Positions 19,493 to 29,325 of a DNA stretch of 64,000 bases are shown in pieces. The stretch is from Bryobacterales bacterium (GTDB taxonomy: Bacteria > Acidobacteriota > Terriglobia > Bryobacterales > UBA6623), in the NCBI GenBank assembly GCA_963422375.2, contig OY729428.2:2592001-2656000 (forward strand). Direction: 5' to 3'. Each line of letters opens with the position of its first letter. Within the stretch, counting starts at the first letter, position 1. Under the pieces are notes generated by a model. It had not been told where the DNA came from and did not search any database. It was given only the letters and a program-made list of their open reading frames with translations. The position numbers and the translations under genes are program-made.

Positions 19493-20924
19493 CGCCCATT
19501 CAACTCCGAAGTGCGACAGGCGCCGAGCCACAAGATGGCAGGGAGGGGAGAGGGGGGGCAGCGAGCGGTGGTGTCGCGGCAGTAGGCTGGTAGGTGCTGG
19601 AAGGAGCAGGGAGGCGGATGCGGAAGAGGTACACGCACGTGACGCAGGAGGAGCGCTGCTGGATCGAGACGCTGCGGGCGGCGGGCTGGGGAGCGGACAG
19701 GATCGCCGGGCAGCCGGGCCGCAAGCGGGCCACGATCTACCGGGAAGTGGGCCGCAACGGCCGACCGGCGGAAGGCGAGCGCGCGGCGAGCTACAGCTTG
19801 GGGAGCGCGCAGGAGCGCGCGGAGCGGCGTCGTGCCGGCCGCGCCAGCTGACGTCGGCGCTGCGGGCGCGGAGCGAGGACTGCCTGCGGCAGGACTGGAG
19901 CCCGGAGCAGGAGCCCGGAGCAGGTCGCGGCGCGGCTGCAGCGGGAAGGGGCGCTGGAGATCAGTCCTGAACGGATCTACCAGCTGGTGCGCGCGGAGCG
20001 GCGGCAGGGGGGCCGGCTGTACCGGCACCCGAGGCAGGGCGGCCGCAAGCGCGTCCGGCGGGTCGGCCGGACGGCGGGCCGCGGCCTGATCCCGGGGCGC
20101 GCGGACATCGCGGAGCGCCCGGCGGAGGCGCGAGCGCAGGCGCGAGCGCAGGCGCGCGGCGGCGACCGGGAGGCCGACACCGTGATCGGCGGGCAGCGCC
20201 GCGGGGCGCTGGTGACGCTGGTGGACCGGTTCTCTAAGTACCTGCTAGTGCAGCCGGTTAGCCGGCGCACGGCGCAGCTGGTCGGGGCGGCGATGACGGC
20301 CATGCTCGCAGGGAGCGGGGCCGTGACGCACGCGATCACGGCCGACAACGGCAAGGAGTTCGCGGCAAGGAGTTCGCGGGGCACCGGGAGGTGGCGCAGC
20401 GGCTGGGGGCGGGCTTCTACTGCGCGCGGCCCTGCCACTCCTGGGAGCGCGGGCTGAACGAGCATGCCAACGGGCTGCCGCGGCAGTACTTCCCGCAGGG
20501 GACGGACCTGCGGCGGGTGGACCCGGCCCGGGTGCGGGAGGCGCGGGACCGCCTGAACCGGCGTCCGCGGAAGGTGCCGGGCGGGCGCACGCCGGAGGAA
20601 GTCTTCCCGGCGGAGCGCGAGCGGGTGCCGCGGGGCTGAGGCAGGGCTGGCAGCCCGCCGCCCCGGACAGGGGCGCGGGGGAGCTGCGCCCGGACAGGCG
20701 CGGATTCGACCCTCCGGGCCTTGCTGCGGTCGCTCCGCTCCCTGCGCAAGGCCCGGAAGGTCCCCGTTCCGGAAACGGGGCACGCATGCCCGCATGCCCG
20801 GGACGCGGCCCCCCGCTTCGGCCCGGCAGCGGCTTGTCCGGCGCCGCTGGATCTGCTACTGTGGTCCTAGTATCCCAGCCCACCGCCCCTTACCCGCGTG
20901 TCGCACTTCGGAGTTGAATGGGCG
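19493..20924 (+). mobile_element. IS30-family element with a degenerate transposase (about 19618-20639)
   Basis: TIRs CGCCCATTCAACTCCGAAGTGCGACA / TGTCGCACTTCGGAGTTGAATGGGCG; 3-bp TSD GGA; YTHVTQEER HTH, GD(W>R)EADT, TADNGKEFA, SWERGLNEHANG, LNRRPRK motifs split by frameshifts. Confidence 0.92.
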
Positions 20925-20936
20925 GGATAATAGGAA

Positions 20937-22345
20937 AGGAATTATATATCTGAGTGCCGACGACTCCAAGTCCGGCTAGAACTGCCCTGATCGGGGAGGT
21001 CGGCGTCTAGCTCGGGTCATTCGTGTGCGGCCGAGGTGGGCACCGAAAGGTCGGTTCGTATCTGAATCGCACCGGCAAGCGGATTTCACGGCGCACGGAC
21101 TAGAGACACCGCCTCGCATGCCCCGGTGGAACCCGGTTTGCGGTGGAGAGGCTCCCCTTCCAAGCCGGCTGCCTGTAGGAATTGTCCGGGCTGGACACCG
21201 GTCGCGGCGGGGGATTCCGGATCCGGAGCGCCCTTTGCACCGAGCGTGAAGAGAGGCCGCAGCGGACCGGCAAGGCCGTGCTCGGGCCGTGACCGCAGCC
21301 GTGCCAACCAGTTGCCGGTAGGTCAGCGTCTTGCCGACCAGGACCCACGCCATGCGCCGCATCCATTCCACTGTGTCGCAGTTGCGGGCTTTGCGCCGTC
21401 CCGCGAACTTCGTGAGGTAGCGCCCGAGATGACGGACGCACATCCGGTGATAGGTCCCGTAGAGGCCGCACTTGAACAGGAACCGGAACGACTCGATGCC
21501 GTTCGTATGCGCTGCCCCGCGCACGTACTCGCCGCCGGAGTGCTTGACGCCCTCGTGCGGGAACTCCGCCATGCCAGCGCAGGCCAGCGCCTCGTCGGAG
21601 CGGACCTGCGCGCCCGGGGCGACTCCGGCCGCGCACGAAGCCCTGACAGGTCGCGCTTCGGCGTGCCCGGCGACGGGCGGGCGGACACTTCGTTCGTGGC
21701 GCGGTCCCGCGCGCCCGGCACGGTCCTCCTTGCTCTCGTGCTTTTTGCGCTCCTTGCCGCCGACGTAGGTCTCGTCCACTTCCACGGGGCCCGCGAAGTA
21801 GGTCCTCGTCCCGCTCCCAGCACGCGCGGATGCGGTGCACCAGGTGCCAAGCCGACTTCCGGCTGATGCCCAGATCGCGGTGCAGCTTCATGCTCGAAAC
21901 GCCCTTCAGGCCGGTGGTCAGCACGAACATAGCGATGGCCCAAATGCGGTAGCCGAGCTTGGTGTCGGCCATCACGCTGCCGGTGCGCACGGAAAAGGGC
22001 TTGCCGCAGCCGCGGCAACGGTAGGGCATCGAAAGGTGGGCCGTGCCGGACTGCACGCTGGAGCCGCGGCAGCGGGGCATACTGGACCGTCGGGCCAGCG
22101 CATGGAGGCGAAGCATTCTTTCGCGGATTCGTCATCGGAGAACATCGCGATCACGTCAATCAAGGTGATGCCTTTACGAAACCACTTCCCGGGGCATTTC
22201 TTCTTCATTGACGACCTCCTATATTGGAAATATTCTATAAAAAACTCCATCGAATGGCAACAGATCTCCGGACGAAATATGAAATTAATTTATGGATCGA
22301 TAATTTACCAAATCGGTTGCCTCGGCACTCAGACATATAATTCTC
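20937..22345 (-). mobile_element. IS1595-family element type A, copy 1 (frameshifted, most diverged)
   Basis: Ends AGGAATTATATATCTGAGTGCCGA / TCGGCACTCAGACATATAATTCTC; Zn-ribbon, VEVDETYVGG, SDE, HTNGIES motifs across several frames; no TSD visible. Confidence 0.88.
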
Positions 22346-22394
22346 TTCGAAAACGGGACAGGCCTTCCCGCCTGCTCGGGAACCAGAATCGCCC

Positions 22395-22500
22395 GCTGCG
22401 GCCCGGCAGTGGCTTGTCCGGCACCGCTGGATCTGCTCGTATCGCCCCAGCATCCCAGCCACTACGCCCTGCCCTTTTATCGCATTTCTGAGCTGCATCG
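22395..22500 (+). repeat. Degenerate second copy of the IS30 right-end region
   Basis: GGCCCGGCAGTGGCTTGTCCGGCACCGCTGGATCTGCT...TCGCATTTCTGAGCTGCATCG aligns with 20815-20924. Confidence 0.7.
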
Positions 22501-22728
22501 GTGTAGCAAACCTATTGGCACACGCCAGACTCGACAGAAATCCGGGCCGAGTGCTGTGTGTCTGACAGCCCAGCCGATTGACCCGGCCCGGGAGGGGGAA
22601 GCAAACGATGCATCTGCTCAAGGCCGTCACCATCGGCTTGCTTGGCGCGACCGCGCTCTCGGCCGAGTGCTTTGAGAGCGGGAAAGCGGCGTACAAGACG
22701 CCGGGCGGGAAGTGGCGCAAAGCCGTGA

Positions 22729-23708
22729 TACGGTTATGCACTTAGCTCTAGTCAGGCTGTTCCGGCCTGTCGATTAGCTCTTGGTACGTAGCCGCTCGCT
22801 GCAAGACCAGTTGCTCCAAGAGCCGGTAGAAGATCTTGCCAACGTGACGCGACCGACGCCGGTTGAAGCGGAACGTGAACTCGTCGAGATAGAGCTGCAA
22901 GTGCTTCGCGCCGACCTTGCCCTGATGCGTGGCCGGCAGCCAGCGCCTCAGCAGCGAGAGCACCCAGCGGACTTGCGGAAACGCCGTGCCCGCAACGTCC
23001 CCGCTTCCGCGCGTGACGGTCACTTGATGCCGGTACCCGCGCCGCTCGAGGCTGCGATAGCCGCTCCAACCGTCCGTCTGCACGAGGCTGCCCGGCTCGA
23101 CGCAGTCCGCTACGAAACCCGCCAGGCTCGCCCCCGAGGCGTCCGGCACGTGCCGCAGGCGGATGCGCCCCGCGCCATGCCCCTCCAGCTCCGCGGTGAC
23201 CGCGACCAGGCACTTTTCGGCCGGTTCCCTCCCGCAAACGCCCTTTTCCGCGCCTCTGACCTACGCCTCGTCAACCTCGACCGCCCCCTGCAGGCGTTCG
23301 CGGCCCAGCCTCGCCATCGCCGAGCGAAGCTTTGGCAGCAGCAGCCAGCAGCAGCCAGGCCGTGCGGTAGCTGCCCGGCCCGAGCTCGCGCTGCAAGCCC
23401 GCCGCGCCACGGCACGCGCGACTTGTGCAGGACCGTGCCGGCCGTCGGGGAGGTCTGCCGGCGGCACGCCTTGCAGAACAGGGTGCCGCGCGCGGTCGTC
23501 CACGCCTCGGCGCCCGCGCAGCGCGGGCAGGCGCAACCGCGCGGCCAGCGCACGGCGGCCAGGTACTCGGCGCACGCCCGCTCCGTGCCGAACCGCTCCA
23601 TGCATTCGAGGATGTTCCGCGGGAACGCCTCGGAATCGCTTCCCATCGCCCGACACCTCCGCTCGCAGCGCAAACTTTGAGCATACTAGAGCTAAGTGCA
23701 TAACCGTA
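22729..23708 (-). mobile_element. IS1595-family element type B (internally deleted and frameshifted transposase, 22748-23646)
   Basis: Perfect 24-bp TIR TACGGTTATGCACTTAGCTCTAGT; 8-bp TSD AGCCGTGA; RWP..CACPRC, VEVDEA, TDGWSGY, YLDEFTFRFNRR motifs. Confidence 0.93.
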
Positions 23709-23927
23709 AGCCGTGATATGCATCACGGACGACGGCGTCCAAGTGTTCGCTCGCAAGACGGGGCTGCTCGTAGCGGCGTTTCTCGATTCGAGTCACGACA
23801 CGAAGCACGACTTCTCGCCCGAAGCACGCAAGCTCTGGGCTGGCTCCGGGCTTGCTCTTGGTCGGTTTGAATGCCCTGCCGACCGAGCCTGGATACGTCT
23901 CGCACTGCTACTACACCGGCTACTATT

Positions 23928-25442
23928 GGGAATTATATACCTGAGTGCCGAGGCAACCGATTTTGCAAATTATCAGTCCATAAATTAATTTCATATTTCT
24001 TCGGGAAATCTGTTGAAAGTCGGTGGAGTATTTTGATAGAATAGTTCTAATATATGAGGTCGTCTATGAAGCAGAAAGGTCCCGGGAAGTGGTTTCGTAA
24101 AGGCATCACTCTGATTGAAGTGATCGCCATGTTCCGCGATGACGAATCCGCGGAAAAGTGGTTCGCCTCCATGCGCTGGCCGGACGGTCCCGCGTGCCCC
24201 CGCTGCCGCGGCTCCAGCGTGCAGTCCGGCACGGCCCACCCTTCGATGCCGTACCGTTGCCGCGGCTGCGGCAGGCGCTTTGCCGTGCGCACCGGCAGCG
24301 TGATGGCCGACACCAAGCTCGGCTACCGCACCCGGGCCGTCGCCCTGTTCCTGCTGACCACCGGCATCAAGGGCGTCTCGAGCATGAAGCTGCACCGCGA
24401 CTTGGGAATCAGCCGGAAGTCGGCCTGGCACCTGGCGCACCGCATCCGCGCGTGCCGGGAACGGGATCGGGGCCTGTTCGCCGGCCCGGTGGAGGCGGAC
24501 GAGACCTGCGTCGGCGGCAAGGAGCGCAACCAGCACGAGAGCAAGAAGGCCCGCGCCGGGCGCGGGCCCGTCGGCAAGACGCCCGTGGCGGGGGCGCGGG
24601 ACCGCGCCACGAACGCAGCGGCCGCGCGGCCGCTGCCGGGCACCGCCAAGGGCGATCTGCAGGGCTTCGTGCGCGGCCGGGTCGCGCCGGGCGCGCAGGT
24701 CCGCTCCGACGAGGCGGCGGCCTGCGCCGGCATGGCGGAGTTCGCGCACGAAGCCGTCAGGCACTCCGGCGGCGAGTACGTGCGCGGGGCAGCGCATGCG
24801 AACGGCATCGAATCGTTTGGGTCCCTGTTCAAGCGCGGCCTCTACGGAACCTATCACCGGATGAGCGTCCGTCATCTCGGCCGCTACCTGACGGAGTTCG
24901 CAGGACGGCGCAACGACCGCGACTGCGACACGGCGGAACGGATGCGGCGCATGGCGCGGGGCCTGGTCGGCCGGACGCTGACCTACCGGCAGCTGACCGG
25001 CCAGGCCGCGGTCGCGGCCCGAGCGGCGCCCTCCGAGCTGAGCGCCGCAGCCCGCTGCCGACGCACTCTTCACGCTCGATGCGCTTCACGCTCGGTGCGA
25101 GGGGCGCGCCGGATCTGGAATCCCCCGGCGCGACCCACGTCCGGCCCGGACCATGCATGCAGGCCGTCGAGCGCCGGGGATCCGCTGTCTTCGGCCCTCG
25201 CAGGGCACGCAATCGGCTTGCAAGGGGTGCCCTCCACCGCCAACCGGATTCCACCGGGCATGCGAGGGGGCCTCTCTTATCCGTGCCTCGTCCATTCCGC
25301 TGGCAGCTTCGATTCAGATACGATCCCACCTTGCTGTGCCTACCGCGGCCGCATTCGAATGACCCCAGCCAGACGCCGACCTCCCTGCTCACAGCAGTTC
25401 TCGTCGGACATGGCGTTGTCGGCACTCAGATATATAATTCCC
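23928..25442 (+). mobile_element. IS1595-family element type A, copy 2 (transposase from 24066; stop codon lost)
   Basis: TIRs GGGAATTATATA(C/T)CTGAGTGCCGA; 8-bp TSD CTACTATT; TGA>CGA at 25020-25022 causes read-through. Confidence 0.95.
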
Positions 25443-26000
25443 CTACTATTCCTATTGCGATGGCGATGGCAGGAGGGCAGGTACGCAGAGATCAACCCCA
25501 AATCGGCGCTGATCACGGCTGGAGTGACGGTCGCAGTCGCAGCGGCGGTGGCGCCACGCTCGCCCAACCAGTACAGATTTCGAGACGGCCTGCGAGAACT
25601 GACGGTACATGTCAGCAGGCGCGACGAGAAGCGTTGGGAGGCAGCGCTGCTCTCGCACGGTATCTAGTCCAACACGGATTGAATCACCGGAGGATTGTTT
25701 CCGCACATAACGTAGGTTTGGCGAGAGTATCGGATGCTATTCTGCTACTCGGTCACGACAAGAAGCCGCACAAAGATTTCAAGAATCGGAAACTCATGTC
25801 GACGTCGTTAGGTATACCGGTTCGGCCGTCGATTCGAGAATCTAGAGCGGTCTGGCCATCGGACCGCACGGTGAAGCAGGCAACCACACTACGGCCTTCA
25901 GAGGCGATCATCAAACGTCATTCGCGATTCGGGATGCTAAAGGCCGTCCGGTCTCGAATGCGTGGACGGAAAGCCTCGACACCCGCCGACAGCTGGCGAG

Positions 26001-26843
26001 TCATTCCGCTCTCAATCCCTCTAACTCGGCCAGGCGCGCCTGTAGCTCCTCGCGAAGGTGCCTCTCTTCGCGTGCGCGAGCCTCAGCGGCGTCTGCACGC
26101 CCCGACTCCCTGACCGCCCGCTCGGTCTCCCTCTCCGCCCGCTCGGTCTCGCGGTCCGCACGCTCGGTTTCGTCCAGCGGAGACAGGTATCTGTTGCGGT
26201 CGGGATCGAACACCGCCAGCCGCTGCCGTCCGTCGAAGCGCAGCTCCGCGCCCAGCACTTCGCTGCGAATCCACACCTGCCCCACCGCCGACGGCAGCAC
26301 ATCCATCCGGGAATAGCCCGACCGTTCCAGCCGGCCCGCCGTCAAGCGCGGCTCCAGCAGGCCGCCGACGGCGTCGAACTGCCAATACTCCCGCACCCCC
26401 AGCCGTGCGTAGATCCTAGCTTTTTCAGCATTGTCGCGCTTGATCGTGCTGGTGGAGGCGACCTCCAGCACGAAGTCCGGTGCCTTGCCCTCCTCCCAGA
26501 CCTTGTACGTCATCCGCGCGCTGCCCTCCAGGCCCAAGGCCACGAACACGTCCGGTGCCACCGAGAATCTGGGGGCGCCCCGCACGTAGTACAGCAGCAG
26601 GTTGCACTCCACGACCACATCAGCCCTGCGGCCGCGGAAGTACCGGCGCAGGCCCTCGGTCACGTCGATCATCGCCCGCCGCTGGGGCCCGCTCTCCGCC
26701 ATGGGCTTTCCGTCCGAGCAGGGATACTCGACATCCTCCTCCGGCTGGGGACGCCGCGACGGCGCGCAAGGCAGGGCCGCTGCCGGCCCGGCCTGGCCCG
26801 GCAGCGTCGCCGGCAGACTCTGCTGCGCTCGCTTGCCTCCCAT
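26001..26843 (-). CDS. Uma2 (DUF820) family putative endonuclease with a coiled-coil repeat tail
   Basis: YPCSDGKPMAES, VAPDVFV, YKVWEEGKAPDFVLEVAS.ST...D...K..IYARLGVREYWQFD; tail ETERADR/ETERAER/ETERAVR; start uncertain. Confidence 0.88.
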   Translation of the reverse strand: MGGKRAQQSLPATLPGQAGPAAALPCAPSRRPQPEEDVEYPCSDGKPMAESGPQRRAMIDVTEGLRRYFRGRRADVVVECNLLLYYVRGAPRFSVAPDVFVALGLEGSARMTYKVWEEGKAPDFVLEVASTSTIKRDNAEKARIYARLGVREYWQFDAVGGLLEPRLTAGRLERSGYSRMDVLPSAVGQVWIRSEVLGAELRFDGRQRLAVFDPDRNRYLSPLDETERADRETERAERETERAVRESGRADAAEARAREERHLREELQARLAELEGLRAE

Positions 26844-27772
26844 GCAACCGTTGTCTTCACACGAATTGTAGCAGCCGCGACTCCTCCGGAATTGCCCGCC
26901 CCCTCGTGCCAGTCGTGGATGCGGGACCGCCGCTGGTCCGCACGCGCCTATGGCGCGCTGCCGGTTGGCGCGTATCCGGCAGCGGGACACGCTGCGGGGC
27001 CGGGGAGCGCCGACACCTCCAGGTGTACGGCCACCCGCCCGGATGCTCGGTGAACCCAGTTTGGCTGCGGCGGCCACCGACGGGTACCGAATGCAGGTTG
27101 CCTGAGCTCGCTACCGGGGAAGCGTCGCGGGCTGCGAGAGCCGCTGCGCGGGCACGAGATGCCAGCTCGGAACGGACCGCCAAGAGTTTGGGCGCGCCCT
27201 TCGGCCGTGAGATTCGACCGCGGTCCGTGTTGGGCCCTGCGAATGGTCCGGCCAATGGCAGCGCCGATCCTGACCATCCCGGGGATTCTCGGGGTCGACC
27301 ATCCATGCGATAGCCCGGACAAAAGGGCCGCACGATGTCCGGCACCTGCGGTTCCGCGTCGCGAACGCGCATGGTTCGTGCCGTACGGCCCGATGGGTCC
27401 GGCCAATCGCGGCTGGGGCCCTCTCGCCTCCGGCCGTACGGCTTCGGACTCTCGTTGCGGTGCTCCAGAGTCGACGTAGCGGTGCCGACGGGTCCCGGAC
27501 GCTCGCGCAGCCGCGCTCGCGGACACAGGTCGGCGAAGAAGCGCTCCGCGAGGTTCCTTCGGGAACCGCAGCCCGGCGCGGAGTGTATGCGGAACCGCTC
27601 GCGCTGCTTCAGCCGGTCCTTCGCCTGCGAGCGCCCGCACGCTCGACCTCGGTGTGGCGGGTGGAGGCCTCACACGCCCCCGTCCCAGAGCTTCTAATTG
27701 AAGGGAAATATATCGTCCTTGTGAATAAACTCAGTTGTTTGGGAGATTTTAGCCGATATAAGTCGATCACAT

Positions 27773-29316
27773 GAGCCTTTTGCAAAATTCAGAAAAGAGG
27801 GCTGACCGCCCCATGAACGACTAGTTTCTGGGCTGTTATTCTCGCCGAAAAAGACCCCCTTCAGCTGGGCTTGCTCGGCTTCGGGGCGCTCCTGCGAGGA
27901 GCGGCCCCGTGCAGGCGCAGCTCTCCCGGCGCGGCCCTGCGGGCGGGCGCTCTTCGCGGCTGTCCCGGCGGCCCGGGCTCTCGGAGCGCCAGGCGCAGGA
28001 GCTGCTCCACCGTCAGCGCGAGCACGCCGAACAGGAGGTGGCACAGCACCTTGCCGCGGCCGCGGACGCGCACGCGGCGCCCGCCGCAATCGTCCTTCAG
28101 GCGGCCGTTGACACGCTCCACCGTCGAGCGCTCCCGGTAGCGCAGCTTGGCGGGATCCGCCCGCCCGGCGCTGCGCAGCGCCTTGGCCTCCCGTTCCAGA
28201 TCCGCTTTCAGCTTCGTCCGGCCGCGCGGGTTGACATCGATGATCGGCACGTGCCCGAGCCGCTCGCTGAAGGCCCGGATCCCGGCCGCGTCGTACGCGC
28301 TGTCCATCAGGTCTTACAGGTTGTCGACGCGGCTCGCGGTCCGTGTCGCCAGCGGGATCGCGGCCTGGCTGTCGTGCAGCGAAGCCGCGGTGAGCAGGCA
28401 GCTGACCGGAATCCCGCCGTCGATCGCGTCGATATGCAGCTTGTAGCCGCACCAGCTGACGGTACGGCCCTTGGCGTTGCGCTTGGTGCCGGTATCGCAG
28501 TCCTGCGGCAGGTCGTGCAGCATTGCTTCGAGATTCATGTCGGGCTGCCGCGCCAGTCGGCGCGGATCGGGCGGCCGCTGCTCGCCCTTGCGAGGGCGCC
28601 CGCGCTTGCGTTTCGGCTCCGGTTCCGGCGCGGGCTTCCCGGCGGGCCGCTCGCGGCCCTCGATGGCGGTCGAGTCGCGGGAGACGTGCCCTGCCAAGTG
28701 GCCGTCGAGCGTCCGCGCGAGCAGCGCCTCGTGCAAGCGTCCGGGCAGTTCGCCGGCGGCGAACTCGGCGAAGGCGCGCGAGAAGGTTGCCTCGCCGGGC
28801 ACGGCCCCGGCCAGGTCCCGGCCGCACAGTCGGCGCAGGGTGCGATCGGTCTGCAGGCGCTCGACCAGCGAGCGCGTAGCGGGCTGGTCGAAGACGGCCT
28901 TGGCGAGGAAGGCGCGCGCCATGGCGGCGCGGCTTGCGAGGGGGCGGCCGCGGCCGCCCTGCCCGACGGGCAGGCAGTCCTCGACCTGCGCCAGTTCCAC
29001 CGCTTGGACGAAGCTGCGGCAGCGCTCGCCGAGGGGGCCGAGTTCCTGCTCGAGCCAGGGGAACAGCCCCTGCTGGAACGTGAACCAGTACGCGGATACG
29101 GTTTCTATCAAGGACATATTCGTTTGATCCTGCCAGCTGTTTACTAGGCTTGCATTACAATAATAGCACGGAGGGCAAGGGATTGTCAGGAAACTCAAAA
29201 CGCAGACAAGCCATTAAAACTACATTTACTACAGTTCTATTTCATTTATTATATCGAATACTTAATAGACTAACTAAATGATAATGCTATTAGCGCGGGA
29301 TTTTTGCAAAAGGCTC
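27773..29316 (-). mobile_element. IS5/IS1182-like DDE element; transposase 27861-29117 broken by one nonsense codon
   Basis: TIRs GAGCCTTTTGCAAAA; 4-bp TSD ACAT; SRDSTAI, GYKLH, SLHDSQAA, MDSAYD, YRERSTVERVNGRLKD motifs; in-frame TAA at 28314-28316 (NL*DLMD). Confidence 0.88.
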
Positions 29317-29325
29317 ACATGATAG

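Larger units (their letters stand above)
22608..25667 (+). pseudogene. 182-aa exported/membrane hypothetical protein split by two IS1595 insertions
   Basis: Joining 22608-22728 + 23717-23927 + 25451-25667 gives one 549-nt open frame MHLLKAVTIGLLGATALSA...WEAALLSHGI*; GGAGG SD upstream. Confidence 0.75.

Noticed and set aside
24054..25667. 537-aa transposase fusion protein
   Set aside because: Artefact of TGA>CGA stop loss reading through the IS tail into the disrupted host gene.
26095..26175. 21-bp tandem repeats as a possible CRISPR-like array
   Set aside because: No spacers; they encode the ETERAxR coiled-coil tail typical of Uma2 proteins.
28314..28316. In-frame stops in IS5-like (TAA) and IS1380 (TAG, 38154-38156) transposases as recoding sites
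   Set aside because: Both replace an expected Tyr in otherwise decayed genes and no recoding signal is visible; simple nonsense mutations.
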